A stretch of DNA of 64,000 nucleotides, from the NCBI GenBank assembly GCA_030390025.1, contig CM059432.1, positions 56,732,001-56,796,000 on the forward strand, given 5' to 3'. Under the pieces are notes generated by a model that was given only the letters and a program-made list of their open reading frames with translations, was not told the DNA's origin and did not search any database. A program made the position numbers and the translations under genes. How positions within the stretch are numbered: the first letter of the stretch is position 1; the number at the start of each line of letters is the position of its first letter. Positions 52,112-64,000 of this stretch are shown piece after piece. Source of the stretch: Squalus acanthias (Eukaryota).

Positions 52112-55100
52112 TGTGGGTGTTTTTTTCTCTCTGTCTCTTTCTCTGACATCTGATATTAATCAGAATGTTTACATTTTCTAACTGTCAACAAGCAATAATC
52201 TTGCTTTTCTGGCAGCACAACACAGGTGATAATCAGGTGAAATAATTCAAGGCCCATTGCTTCCATTTTTTTTGAAAAATTAATGCTGAAAAAAGTTTTC
52301 TTAAAAATCTTACGTCTGTGTGAATTTTCAGAAGATTTAGAATTCACTGAGCTCAGCCAGGGCTTTGGTATGGCATCGACAATACCAGTGGGCTTGGCAG
52401 GGGTCTATTGACCTGGCTTCTTGCTCCTTATCTTTATCCCACCACCCTTGTGGGAAGTGCTGGTGTGTGGATGTTTGGTAAGGACAGGTTTGGGCTTGTT
52501 TGTGGTCAAGCAGCCTGCCAGTACTCAAATATAAATAATGACCACTTGGGAGAGATACTGGAGGTTAACTAGCATCCATGGAACAATACTCCTATAAGGA
52601 GTCAAATCCTTCGAGAGAAGAGGTGAGGAAGAAAAAGAAAGCAGGTTACCGTAATCATGTTTTAATGGTATCTCTATGAAAATAACAACAGTATAAGGTC
52701 AAATAATAATCATTCTCATTACTTCCTTAATTTCTTTAACATGCCTATTTTGTTTTAGCTGCATGAAGATTCAGTCTTGGTACACAACCGTGTTTGGCCC
52801 TATGCTTTCCTCGGAATGTAACTTGGATTTCTTCTGATATTCCCACATAATTCTTAAGCTTCAAATCCAAAAGGTCATAAGAGTATTTAAAAGACTTCAC
52901 ATCTTTCTGCCATTCATACAAGTTCCACTGAAAGTGGTGGGCATGGGTTGAAGCTCATGTCTGTTGATCCAACGTTCAATTAAGGTTTCAAATAAGTTGA
53001 ATTAAGTCTTTCAAAATTAGTCAGGAAAACCATTTGCATCCAATCAGACTAAAAGGGTTGGCTGCAGATATTGGGCCCAGATTGGTCTCTGATAAGGAGG
53101 CAGTTTATAACTGCAAGTGCATGGCTAAGATCAAAACAAGTTCATAAATCACATTTTGCTTCTATGTTTGTAAACACTGTACTATTACTGGCAGCATAAT
53201 TCAACCAATCTAGAGTTGTAACAGCTGACATCCTTAAAGTGCTTCAATGATTTACTCTCAGTTTACAAACAGTAGAAACCACTCAATAAATCGGGCCATT
53301 TATTATGCAATACTGAGCCTAGGAATGGTATGCATTACATAAAATAGACAAAAAGCAAGTCTATCCTGAGACAGAGATAATGGAAGTTTATTATCCGAAA
53401 ATGTTAACCTTTGACAGTTAACTTTATTGTAGAGTGGGTAACATTGCTGAAATGTGATATTTATAAACACAACTAAAGGCTCTATTTTAAATATAAAACA
53501 GCTCATTAAAAAGATTTCTTTATTTGTTTAAAGAGAAATATCAGTGTCAAAAAATGAAGTTTTTTTAACCATAGTGTGCAACTTTGCAGTTTTTTTTTAC
53601 TTTCAGCCAACACAAACTTTCAGTATGATAAGATGACAGCACAGCTGAGAGAATCAATTCAACCATTGTTTCACTGGCAAACCTTCATAAAAATATATCC
53701 AAAGATTTATTAACGTTATGTGAAGCTATTTATAGAGTTCTTCAAAATTATTTATCGCAATCTAGTCTGACTTTATGGAAAAGTTATACTTTTGCTGAAA
53801 TATGATACATAATTTTATCTAAATGAGTTTTATTAAATATTTTTTCCATTGGAATAAGGATTTATGTATTTTTATTTTAACGTACTTTCTAGTCTCTCCC
53901 TGCCACGTGGTCATGTGCACAGCTAATGGCAGAGATTTTTTTCCATAAAATGTGAGCAATTTTCTGCTATTTATGGTCACCCTAAAACAGAAATTAATTT
54001 ATTTCTTAATGAATACATCTATTTATGTTAAAATAAATTGCTCAAAACAAATTGGAAACTTTTTTAAATGAATACATCTATTTATTTATGCCTTTAGATC
54101 ATATTGTGTCTGCTGTTGCTTTGCAAATATTGCTTCCTAAGCATAAACTTTTGGTGCAGATTATTTTCTCTTGATGCATTTCTGATGTGCTGCATCAAAA
54201 AATATCTTTTTGTTAAAGAAAATATGCCAGCATATACATTCCTAGTAAACAAAATCCAATTTGATGATAAAAAGCACTTCAAAATAATTCTCATATCCGA
54301 CTAAAATTGCTTTTTCAACTTTAGAGCATAAATCGTGATTTAGTCTGGAGAGAAACATGGTCTCTGACCAGCTGGTTTTCATTTTGTCTGCGTCTCAGTT
54401 GGTGTTTCATGTCCTGTTTTTCTCATTTTATCCATCTTTGTTCATAGCTTTTGATGTAAATTCAGAGGTCAATCTAAAATTACTGTCTCAAGATGGAATT
54501 TTGTCACATTCTCCCTGCCATAACAAATCATGCAATTTGTATTTGGTATTTTTCAAGGAAATTCAGCAGTTTTGACAAACAGTACTGTTTTTTATTAATC
54601 TAAATGTCAACACCTTATACATTTCCAACACTAGCAGCAAAGTATCAGTGGAAATAAAATTATTTTTAACCAGGTGTAGCATCGGAATCCTAATGTGCCA
54701 TAATAAAGCTATTTCAATTCATTTTGTTGAGTTGCAAAATGCTCATTAGTTTATTTTTCTTCAATTAAACATATACTACTGACAGAACTGCATTGTGCAA
54801 TGATTTGAAACTTTTTTCTTTCACCTCTAGGGCCTCAGTTCAATACCATCACAAACTGAATGAAAATTTATTTTCTTGTATGTATTGGTCTTAACTGAAA
54901 TGCGATTGAATAGTCTCCGCCACTTCTTAAAGGGGGTTCACAATACAATGCAAGACATACAATAATTTGTAACTGACAGAGACTGCAAGGATGGCTAGTG
55001 TGAATAAATTAAGAGGTTCACACTAGTGCAGGGCACACATGCTTTTCTCCATTTGGAGTTGAAGCGTGCTGTTGAGGAAGAATACAGGAAGCTTGCTGAT

Positions 55101-55234
55101 GGTGCCCAAAGTGGAAAGGCAATATATTCACCACACTAATATCAGTTTGATTGATTAACGTCAAAAATAAGTTTTTGTTCGAACTGCTGAAAGTGTTACA
55201 AATAGATCAAGGGCAAAGCCAACCAATTATCAGG

Positions 55235-55800
55235 TTTTTACCATATATATCAATGACTTGGATGAAGGGAGTAGAGAAATGCATATCCAAATTTGAAGAT
55301 GAGACCAAGTTTGGAGGCATAGTAAGTAAGTTGTGTAGATGGGAGTAGGAAGTTACAAAATGACACAGACAGATTTAGTGACTGGACAAAACTATGACAC
55401 ATGGAGTTCAATGTGGGTAAGTGTGAGGTCATCCATTTTGGATCAGAGAAAGACAAAATGGAACATTTTCTTAATGGTAGAAACAGAGAAGCTATTTTCT
55501 CTGGTGGATGAATCCATAACAAAGGGGCAGAATCTTAAAATTAGAATTAGGCCAGTTACGAGTGAAATCAGGAAGCAGTTTTTCCACACAGATTCGTGGA
55601 AATCTGGAAAACTCTGCCCCTAATAGCTGTGGATGCTGGGTCAATTGAAATTTTCAAAACTGAGATTGCTAGATTTTTGTTCGGTAAGGCTATCAACGAA
55701 TATGGAGGAACGGTGGGTAAATGGATTTGAGGCACAGATCAGCCATGATCTAATAGAATGGTAGAAGAGGCTCAAGGGGCTGAATGGTCTTTTACTTATC
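55235..55800 (+). mobile_element. Degraded, internally deleted CR1 3' fragment
   Basis: ISKFEDETKFGG and CR1-like 3' UTR gatcagccatgatc. Confidence 0.8.
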
Positions 55801-56309
55801 ATATCATGTGATTGTATATTCTTTATATTGTTTCTGTATATTAAGTTCCTTAATCTGCCTGAAAAAAGTGCTTAAGAATTATAAGTTTTCACATCAGCAC
55901 ACTGAGTTTCTGTTCCTGCAATCTTCTTTCTGTAACATCAGATGTTTATTGTGCTGCATTTGAGAGCTGCCTGCTGTACTTCATCAACAACAACTTATTT
56001 ACCTTTGTGGGCAACCACTCACAGTTTTCAGGGAGGAAAAGCTAAATACACAATTATTTGTATGAAAGAAAGGAGATGTCGTCTGGCATGAATGTACTAA
56101 CTGTGAATCAGCTCAGGACCACCCTTAACCATTTATTGTTCTTTTCAAATACATACTGGTACTGTATGGCACGTGCACAATTAAGAAAATTGGAGTGTAG
56201 TCAGAGAAAGTGAATTTACCATGATGAGTTTTATGATTGAAGAAAGTTGTTGAGTAGGAACAGAAAAGTTGATTAGACTATTATTCTTAATAGTTTATTG
56301 TGTGGGCTT

Positions 56310-56550
56310 CTCAGTTTGTTCTTTCAGACCTTCCCTTTTGTTCTTTCCTCCCCTCCCCGCTTTCCCTGCCCCTACACTTGCTTAAAAACCTGTTCAATCG
56401 CCAACTTTTTCCAGTTCTGACGAAGCATCATCGACCTGAAACGTTAACTCTGTTTCTCGCTCCATAGATGCTGCTTGACCTGCTGAGTATTTCCAGCATT
56501 TTCTGTTTTTATTTCAGATTTCCAGCATCCACAGTATTTTGCTTTTGTTG
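56310..56550 (+). mobile_element. Penelope-like terminal repeat fragment with degenerate hammerhead
   Basis: Matches 45790-46010; ctgacga...gaaacgttaact present but stem II is mismatched. Confidence 0.8.
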
Positions 56551-59500
56551 TAGTTCATAGAGTGTATCCGGGATGGTTTCCGAGAACAATACGTTGTGGA
56601 ACCAACCAAGGAGCAGGCTATCTTAGATCTGGTACTGTGTAATGAGACAGGATTAATAAATGATCTCATAGTAAAGGATCCTTTAGGAAAGAGTGATCAT
56701 AGCATGGTTGAATTTCAAATTCAATTGTAGGGTGAGAAAGTTGGGTCTCAAACCAGTGTCTGATCTTAAATAAAGGCAATTACAAAGGTATGAAGGCAGA
56801 GTTGGCTAAAGTGGACTGGGAAAATAGATCAAAGGGTAAGACGGTTGATGAGCAATGGCAGACATTTGAGGAGATATTTCATAACTTGCAACAAAAATAT
56901 ATTCCAGTGAGAAGGAAAGACTGTAAGAGAAGGGCAAACTAAGGAAGTAAAGGATGGTATCAGTTTGAAAACAAAGGCATACAATGTTGCCAAGATTAGT
57001 GGTAGGCCAGAGGATTGGGTAATTTTTAAAAACCAGCAAAGGACGACTAAAAAAATAATAAAGAGAGAGAAGATGGATTGAGAGAGTAAACGAGCCAGAA
57101 ATATAAAAACAGATAGTAAGAGCTTCTACAGGTATATAAAAAGGAAGAGAGTAGCTAAAGTAAACATTGGTCCCTTCGAGGATGAGACTGGGGAATTAAT
57201 AATGGGCAACAGGGAAATGGCAGAGACTTTGAACAAATATTTTGTATCAGTCTCCATGGTAGAAGACACTAAATCCCAATAATACATAATCAAGGGGCAA
57301 TAGGGAGGGGGGAACTTAAAACAATCACTATCACTAAAGAAAAAGTACTCGGTAAAATAATGGGACTAAAGGTGGACAAGTCCCCTGGACATGATGGCCT
57401 GCATCCTAGGGTCTTAAAAGAAGTGGCTGCAGAGATAGTGGATGCATTGGTTGCAATCTACCAAAATTCCCTGGATTCTGGAGAGGTCCCAGCGGATTGG
57501 AAAACCGCAAATGTAACGCCCCTATTTAAGAAGGGAAGGAGACAGAAAGCAGGAAACTATAGACCAGTTAGTCTAACATCGATCATTGGGAAAATGCTGG
57601 AGTCCATTATTAAGGAAGCAGTAGCAGGACATTTAGAAAATCACAATACAGTCAAGCAGAGTCAGCATGGTTTTATGAAAGGGAAATCATGTTTGACAAA
57701 TTTGCTGGAGTTCTTTGAGGATGTAACGAGCAGGGTAGATAAAGGGGAACCAGTGGATGTGATGTATTTGGATTTCCAGAAGGCATTCGATAAGGTGCCA
57801 CATAAAAGGTTACTGCACAAGATAAGAGCTCACAGGGTTGGGGCAATAGAAGATAGGAGTAGGAGTAGGCCATTCGGCCCCTCGAACCTGCTACGCCATT
57901 CAATGCGATCATGGCTGATCATCCAAATTCAGTACCCTGTCTCTGCTTTCTCCCCATATCCCTTGATCCCCTTAGCCTTAAGAAATATATCTAACTCCTT
58001 CTTGAATATATTTAATGAATTGGCCTCAACTGCCTTCTGTGGTAGAGAATTCCACAGTTTCACCACTCTCTGGGTGAAGAAATTCCTCCTCATCTCAGTC
58101 CTAAATAGCTTACCCCTTATCCTTAGACTGTGACCCCTGGTTCTGGACTCCCCCGCCATCGGGAACAGCCTTCCTGTATCTAGTCTGTCTAGTCCTGTTA
58201 GAATTTTATAAGTTTCAATGAGATCCCCTCTCATTCTTCTAAACTCTAGCGAATATAAGCCTAATCGACCCAATCTCTCTTCATACGTCATTCCTGCCAT
58301 CCCAGGTATCAGTCTGGTGAATCTTCGCTGCACTCCCTCCGTGGCAAGAACATCCTGCCTCAGATAAGGCGACCAAAACTGCACACAATACTCAAGGTGT
58401 GGTCTCACCAAGGCCCTGTACAACTGCAGCAAGACATCCTTGTTCCTGTACTCGAATCCTCTCGCTATGAAGGCCAACATACCATTTGCCTTCTTAACCG
58501 CCTGCATGCTTACCTTCAGCGACTGGTGCACAAGGACACCCAGGTCTTGTTGCACTTCCCCTTCTCCCAATCTATTGCCGTTCTGATAATCTGCCTTCCT
58601 GTTTTTGCCACCAAAGTGGATAACCTTGCATTTATCCACATTATACTGCATCTGCCCAATCACCCAACCTGTCCAAATCATACTGGAGTTTCTCTGCATC
58701 CTCCTCACAGTACACATGCCCACCCAGCTTTGTGTCATCTGCAAACTTGGAGATATTACATCTAGTTCCCTCATCCAGATCATTAATATATATTGTGAAT
58801 AACTGGGGTCCAAGGACCGATCCCTGCGGTACCCCACTAGTCACTGCCTGCCACTCGGAAAAAGACCCGTTTATTCCAACTCTTTGCTACCTGTCTGCCA
58901 ACCAGTTTTCTATCCAAGTCAGTACCTTACCCCCAATCCCATGTGCTTTAACTTTGCACGCTAATCTCTTATGCGGGACCTTATCGAAAGACTTCTGAAA
59001 GTCCAAATACACCACATCCACTGGTTCTCCCTTATCTATTCTACCAGTTACATCCTCAAAAAATTCCAGTAGATTAGTCAAGTATGATTTACCTTTTGTA
59101 AATCCATGTTGACTTTGTCCGATCCTGTCACTGTTTTCCAAGTGCTCTGCTATTACATCTTTTATAATGGACTCTAGCATTTTCCCCACTATCGATGTCA
59201 GGCTTACTGGTCTATAATTCCCTGTTTTCTCTCTACCACCTTTTTTAAATAGTGGGGTAACATTAGCTACCCTCCAATCCATGGGTACTGTTCCAGAGTC
59301 TATAGAATTTTGGAAGATGACCAGCAATGCATCTACTATTTCTAGGGCCACTTCCTTAAGTACCCTAGGATGTAGATTATCAGGCCTTGGTGATTTATCA
59401 GCCGTCAATCCCGTCAATTTCCCCAACACCATTTACCTACAGATATTGATTTCATTCAGTTCCTCCCTCTGATTAGACCCTATGTTCCCCGACATCTCTG

Positions 59501-60179
59501 GGAGGTTATTTGTGTCCTCCTTTGTGAAGACAGAACCAAAGTATGTATTTAATTGGTCTGCCATTTCTTTGTTCCCCATTATAAATTCCCCTGATTCTGA
59601 CTGCAAGGGACCTACGCTTGACTTCACCAATCTTTTTCTCTTCACATATCTATAGAAGCTTTTACAGTCAGTTTTTATGTTCCCTGCAAGCTTACTCCCA
59701 TACTCTATTTTCCCCCTCTTAATTAATCCCTTTGTCCTCCTTTGCTAAAACGTAAACTGCTCCCAATCCTCAGATTTGCTGCTTTTTCTGGCCAATTTAT
59801 ATGTCCTCTCCTTGGATCTTATGCTATCCCTAATTTCCCTTGTTAGCCACGGTTGAGTCACCTTTTTTGTTTTATTTTTATGCCAAACCGGGATGAACAA
59901 ATTCTGTAGTTCATCCATACGATCTTTAAATGTTTGCCATTGCCTATCCACCGTCAACCCTTTAAGTAACATTCCCCAATCCATCCTAGCCAACTCACGC
60001 CTCATACCATCGTAGTTTCCTTTATTTAAATTCAGTACCCTAGTCTCTGAGTCAACTACTACTTCACTCTCCATCTTAATGAAGAATTCTATCATATTAT
60101 GATCGCTCCTCCCCAGCGGCCTCGCACAAGATTGCTAATTAATCCTTTCTCATTACAGTCTAAGATGGCCTGATCTCTA

Positions 60180-60562
60180 AAATAACAACAGAAAACGCTG
60201 GAAAAACTCAGCAGGCCAGGCAGCATCCGTGGAGAGAGAAAGAGAGTTAACGTTTCAGGTCGATGACCTTTCATCAGAACTGGGAAGAGCCGGAAATCAA
60301 ATAGATTTAAGGCCAGGGTAAAGCTGGGAAAAGGGGGAGGGGATAAAGGAACAAAGGGGGAGATGAAGAGACATTAAGAGACATTAAGAGATATGCAAGG
60401 CTAGAGGTGGTGTTAATGTGACAGATTAAGGCTGAATGAAGTGTGAAATCCACTGGCAGAATGAAGGACAGCTGCCAGCTTCTAGGAGGAAAAAAAAAGG
60501 TGGGGGGGGACAAATAAAAGGGTGGATAAAATAAAATATAAATGTGATTGGAGCTGAGGTTA
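60180..60562 (-). mobile_element. Penelope-like terminal fragment nested in the CR1 endonuclease region
   Basis: Reverse complement of 45575-45985; flanked by tgatctcta direct repeat. Confidence 0.88.
60245..60281 (-). ncRNA. Minimal type I hammerhead ribozyme motif
   Basis: Minus strand reads agtt-CTGATGA-a-aggtc-atc-gacct-GAAA-cgtt-aact. Confidence 0.72.
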
Positions 60563-61271
60563 TGATCTCTAGTTGGTTCCTCGACATATTGGTCCAGGAA
60601 ACCATCCCGTATACACTCTAGGAATTCCTCTTCCACAGTATTGTTACTAATTTGGTTAGCCCAATCTATATGTAGATTAAAGTCACCCATGATAACTGCT
60701 GTGCCCTTATTGCACGCATCTCTAATTTCCCATTTAATGCCATCCCCAACCTCCGCATTACTGTTTGGGGGTCTGTATATAACTCCCACTAACGTTTTCT
60801 GCCCCTTGGTATTTCTCAGCTCTACCCATACAGATGCCACATCATCATAGCTAATATCCTTCCTTACTATTGTGTTAATCTCCTCTTTAACCAGCAATGC
60901 TACCCCACCTCCTTTTCCTTTTTGCCTGTCCTTCCTGAATATTGAATACCCCTGGATGTTGAATTCCTAGCCTTGGTCACCCTGGAGCCATGTCTCCGTA
61001 ATCCCAATTATATCATATCCATTTACATCTATTTGCGCAGCTAATTCATCCACCTTATTATGAATGCTCCTCGCATTAAGACACAAAGCCTTCAGGCTTG
61101 TTTTTTTAACACTCTTAGACCTTTTAGAATTATTGTTTACTGTGGCCATGTTTGATTTACACCCTTGATTTCTCTGACTTCCAATTTTGCTTTTCTCCTT
61201 CCTGTCTTTTGCTTCTATCCTTGCTTCCCTTTCCTCTGACTCCCTGCACAGGTTCCCAATCCCCTGCCATT

Positions 61272-62192
61272 TTAGTTTAAACCCTCCCCATCAGCACTAG
61301 CAAACACTCCCCCTGGGACATCGTTCCCTGTGCTGCCCAGGTGCAAACCATCCAGTTTGTACTGGTCACACCTCCCCCAGAACCGGTTCCAATGTCCCAG
61401 GAATTTGAATCCCTCCCCCTTGCACCATTCTTCCAGCCACGTATTCATCTGAAATATCCTTCTATTTCTACTCTGACTAGTACGTGGTGAGGTCCTATTT
61501 TTTAATTTACCTCCTAACTCCCTATATTCAGCTTTTAGGACCTCATCCCGTTTTTTACCTATATCATTGGTACCTTTATGCACCACGACAACTGGCTGAT
61601 CACCCTCCCCCTCCAGAATGCCCTGCAGACGCTCTGAGACCTCCTTGACCCTTGCACCAGGGAGGCAACATACCATCCTGGAGTCTCGTTTGCGGCTGCA
61701 GAAACGCCTATCTATTCCCCTTACAATAGAATCCCCTATCACTGCAGCTCTCCCGCTCTTTTTCCTCCCGTCCTGTGCAGCAGAACCACCCATGGTGCCA
61801 GGAAGTTGGTTGCTGCTGCCTTCCCCCGATAAGTCACCCCCCTCAACAATATCCAAAGCAGTATATCTGTTTGAGAGGGGGATGGCCACAAGGGACCCCT
61901 GCACTACCTGCCTGCGCCTACTACTCTGCCTGGCGGTCACCCATTCTCTTCCTGCCTGTGCAGCCTTTACCTGCGGTGTGACCAACTCATTAAACGTGAT
62001 ATCCACGACGTCCTCAGCATCGCGAATGCTCCAGTATGTATCCATTTGCAGCTCCAGCGCCGCAATGCGGTCTGCCAGTAGCTGCAGCTGGATATACTTC
62101 CCGCATACATGGTCGTCAGGGACACAGGAAGTGTCCCTGATTTCCCACATAGTGCAGGAGGAGCATGCCACGGGGCCGAGCTGTGCTGCCAT
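61272..62192 (-). CDS. CR1 ORF1 protein with N-terminal CxxC/zipper region and SGNH esterase-like domain (may carry a small deletion)
   Basis: CSSCTMW; LSNRYTAL; VIGDSIVRG; CLPGA; GTNDIG; DGLHL. Confidence 0.85.
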   Translation of the reverse strand: MAAQLGPVACSSCTMWEIRDTSCVPDDHVCGKYIQLQLLADRIAALELQMDTYWSIRDAEDVVDITFNELVTPQVKAAQAGREWVTARQSSRRRQVVQGSLVAIPLSNRYTALDIVEGGDLSGEGSSNQLPGTMGGSAAQDGRKKSGRAAVIGDSIVRGIDRRFCSRKRDSRMVCCLPGARVKEVSERLQGILEGEGDQPVVVVHKGTNDIGKKRDEVLKAEYRELGGKLKNRTSPRTSQSRNRRIFQMNTWLEEWCKGEGFKFLGHWNRFWGRCDQYKLDGLHLGSTGNDVPGGVFASADGEGLN

Positions 62193-62504
62193 GACTTACC
62201 CTTTAATTAATTTAAATTAAATTAAATCAAATCAATACCACAAATTACACTACAATTAAATGATATAGTCAAGGGCCCTTGTTTACTCGCACTCTCCGCT
62301 ACACAACTGAGACCTTAGAAACTATAACCACAAAATTAAGACCTTCTAAACTTATTAAACTATTAACCTTAACTGTCAAACGATAGAGTTGTATAAATAC
62401 TCACCTGGCCGTACTCACCCAATCAGCTGCTTCCTCTTGCCCGCGTCACTTTTTGAATCGTGACGTGGCTCTGGAACGCCGCTGCCAGTCTGCAAGATTG
62501 GTAA

Positions 62505-62735
62505 GCCTCTGAGGAAAAAAGCCCGCGAAAGTGAGTTTAAATACTCACTGTACTTCTGCTCTCTCCGCTCCTGACACCAGCCTCTGGAAAAAAAAAGCCC
62601 GCAAAAGTGAGTTTAAATACTCACTGTACCATTGCGCTCTCCGCTCCCGACACCGGCCTCTGCAAAAAAAAAAAAAAAGCCCGCGAAAGTGAGTTTATAT
62701 ATTCACTGTACCGTCGCTCTCTCCGCTCCCGCTTT
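62505..62735 (-). repeat. Three ~75-bp tandem monomers in the CR1 5' UTR
   Basis: (a)n-gcccgcgaaagtgagtttaaatactcactgtac...ctctccgctcc repeated three times. Confidence 0.88.
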
Positions 62736-63944
62736 CTGGATATTAGCATGGATAGAGAATTGGCTAACTAACAGAAAACAGAGAGTCAGGATAAATGGGT
62801 CATTTTCCGGTTGGCAAACGGTAACTAGTGGGGTGCCACAGGGAATCAGTGCTGGGGCCTCAACTATTTACAATCTATGTTAATGACTTGGATGAACGGA
62901 CCGAGTGTAATGTAGCCAAATTTGCTGCTGATGCAAAGATAGTTTGGGAAAGCAAGTTGTGAAGAGGACTCAAGAATCTGCAAAGGGATATAGACAGGCT
63001 AAGTGAGTGGGCAAACATTTGGCAGATGGAGTATAATGTGGAAAACTGCGAGGTTATCCACTTTGGTAAGAAAAATAAAAAAAGCGAATTATTATTTAAC
63101 TGGAGAGAGATTACAAAATACTGCAGTTCAGAGGGAGCTGGGGTCCTTTGTGCATGAAACACAAAAAGTTAGCATGCAGGTGCAGCAAGTAATCAGGAAG
63201 GCAAATGGAATGTTGGCCTTTATTGCAAGGGGGTTGGAGTATAAAAGCAGGGAAGACCTGCTACAACTGTACAGGGTATTGGTGAGACCACACCTGGAGT
63301 ACTGCGTACAGTTTTGGTCTCCTTATTTAAGGAGGGATATACTTGCATTGGAGGCAGTTCAGAGAAGGTTCACGAGGTTGATTCCTGAGATGAAGGGTTT
63401 GACTTATGAAGAAAGGTTGAGCAGGTTGGGCCTATACTTATTGGAGTTTAGAAGAATGAGAGGGGATAATATTGAAACATATAAGATACTGAAGGGGCTC
63501 GACAAGGTAAATGCAGAGAAGATGTTTCCCCTCATGGGGGAATCTAGAACTAGGGGGCATAGTTTCAGAATAAGAGGTCGCCCATTTAAAACTGAGATGA
63601 GGAGGAATTTCTTCTCTGAGGGTCGTAAATCTGTAGAATTCTCTGCCCCAGAGAGCTGTGGAGGCTAGGTCATTGAATATATTTAAGGTGGAGATAGACA
63701 GATTTTTGAACAATAAGGGAATGAAGGGTTATGGGGAGCGGGCAGGGAAATGGAGTTGAGACCAAGATCAGATCAGCAATTATCTCATTAAATGGCGGAG
63801 CAGGCTCAAGGGGCCAAATGGCCTACTCCTGCTCTTATTTCTTATGTTATGTTAGGGGAATAGATTGATACAAGCATGGTGGGAAGAGTTGGGGGGAGGC
63901 TCATCTGGAGTATAAACAACGGCATAGACAAGTTAGCCTGAATG

Positions 63945-64000
63945 GCGTTTCCCACATTACAACAGTGACTACACTCCAAAAGTACTTCATTGGCTGTAAA
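63945..64000 (+). mobile_element. DeuSINE-like tail fragment running off the window
   Basis: cattacaacagtgactacactccaaaagtacttcattggctgtaaa matches tails at ~34540 and ~39740 (minus). Confidence 0.7.

Larger units (their letters stand above)
57847..62737 (-). mobile_element. Near full-length CR1 LINE (5' UTR, ORF1, degraded ORF2, 3' UTR)
   Basis: ORF2 pieces from LKALCLNARS/GITETW to the C-terminus; ORF1 upstream; repetitive 5' UTR. Confidence 0.95.
56552..63850 (+). mobile_element. CR1 LINE (56552-57846 and 62740-63850) split by a nested full-length CR1
   Basis: RT ORF 57360 stops at AHRVG and resumes at ILAWIENWL (62740); 3' tail at ~63850. Confidence 0.92.

Noticed and set aside
62505..62735. 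CRISPR-like repeat-spacer array
   Set aside because: Eukaryotic LINE 5' UTR; the whole unit is repeated with no unique spacers and no cas genes.
28275..64000. Next TRAPPC9 exon (expected DVLVDG...-like peptide)
   Set aside because: No matching peptide found by eye; probably lies beyond the window. A tblastn search would settle this.

Overview
Eukaryotic DNA, most likely from a cartilaginous fish (inferred from the repeat repertoire). The window lies inside the TRAPPC9 (NIBP) gene on the + strand. Two coding exons are recognisable (2236-2395 and 28184-28274). They are joined by a ~25.8 kb U12-type AT-AC minor-spliceosome intron with an ATATCCTTT donor, a TTTCCTTAAC branch site and a TAC acceptor. 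The rest is intronic and dominated by transposable elements. These include many CR1 LINE copies (one near full-length with ORF1, one with an uninterrupted 817-aa ORF2 frame), L2 and RTE/RTE-X-like fragments, two tRNA-derived SINE families, and Penelope-like fragments carrying minimal hammerhead ribozyme motifs. DNA transposons include a decayed two-gene PIF/Harbinger transposon with several hairpin-rich non-autonomous relatives, plus hAT- and Tc1/mariner-type MITEs. There is also a 1.2 kb C-rich minisatellite. Family names come from recalled motifs, not database searches. Repeat boundaries are approximate unless a TSD or TIR is quoted.
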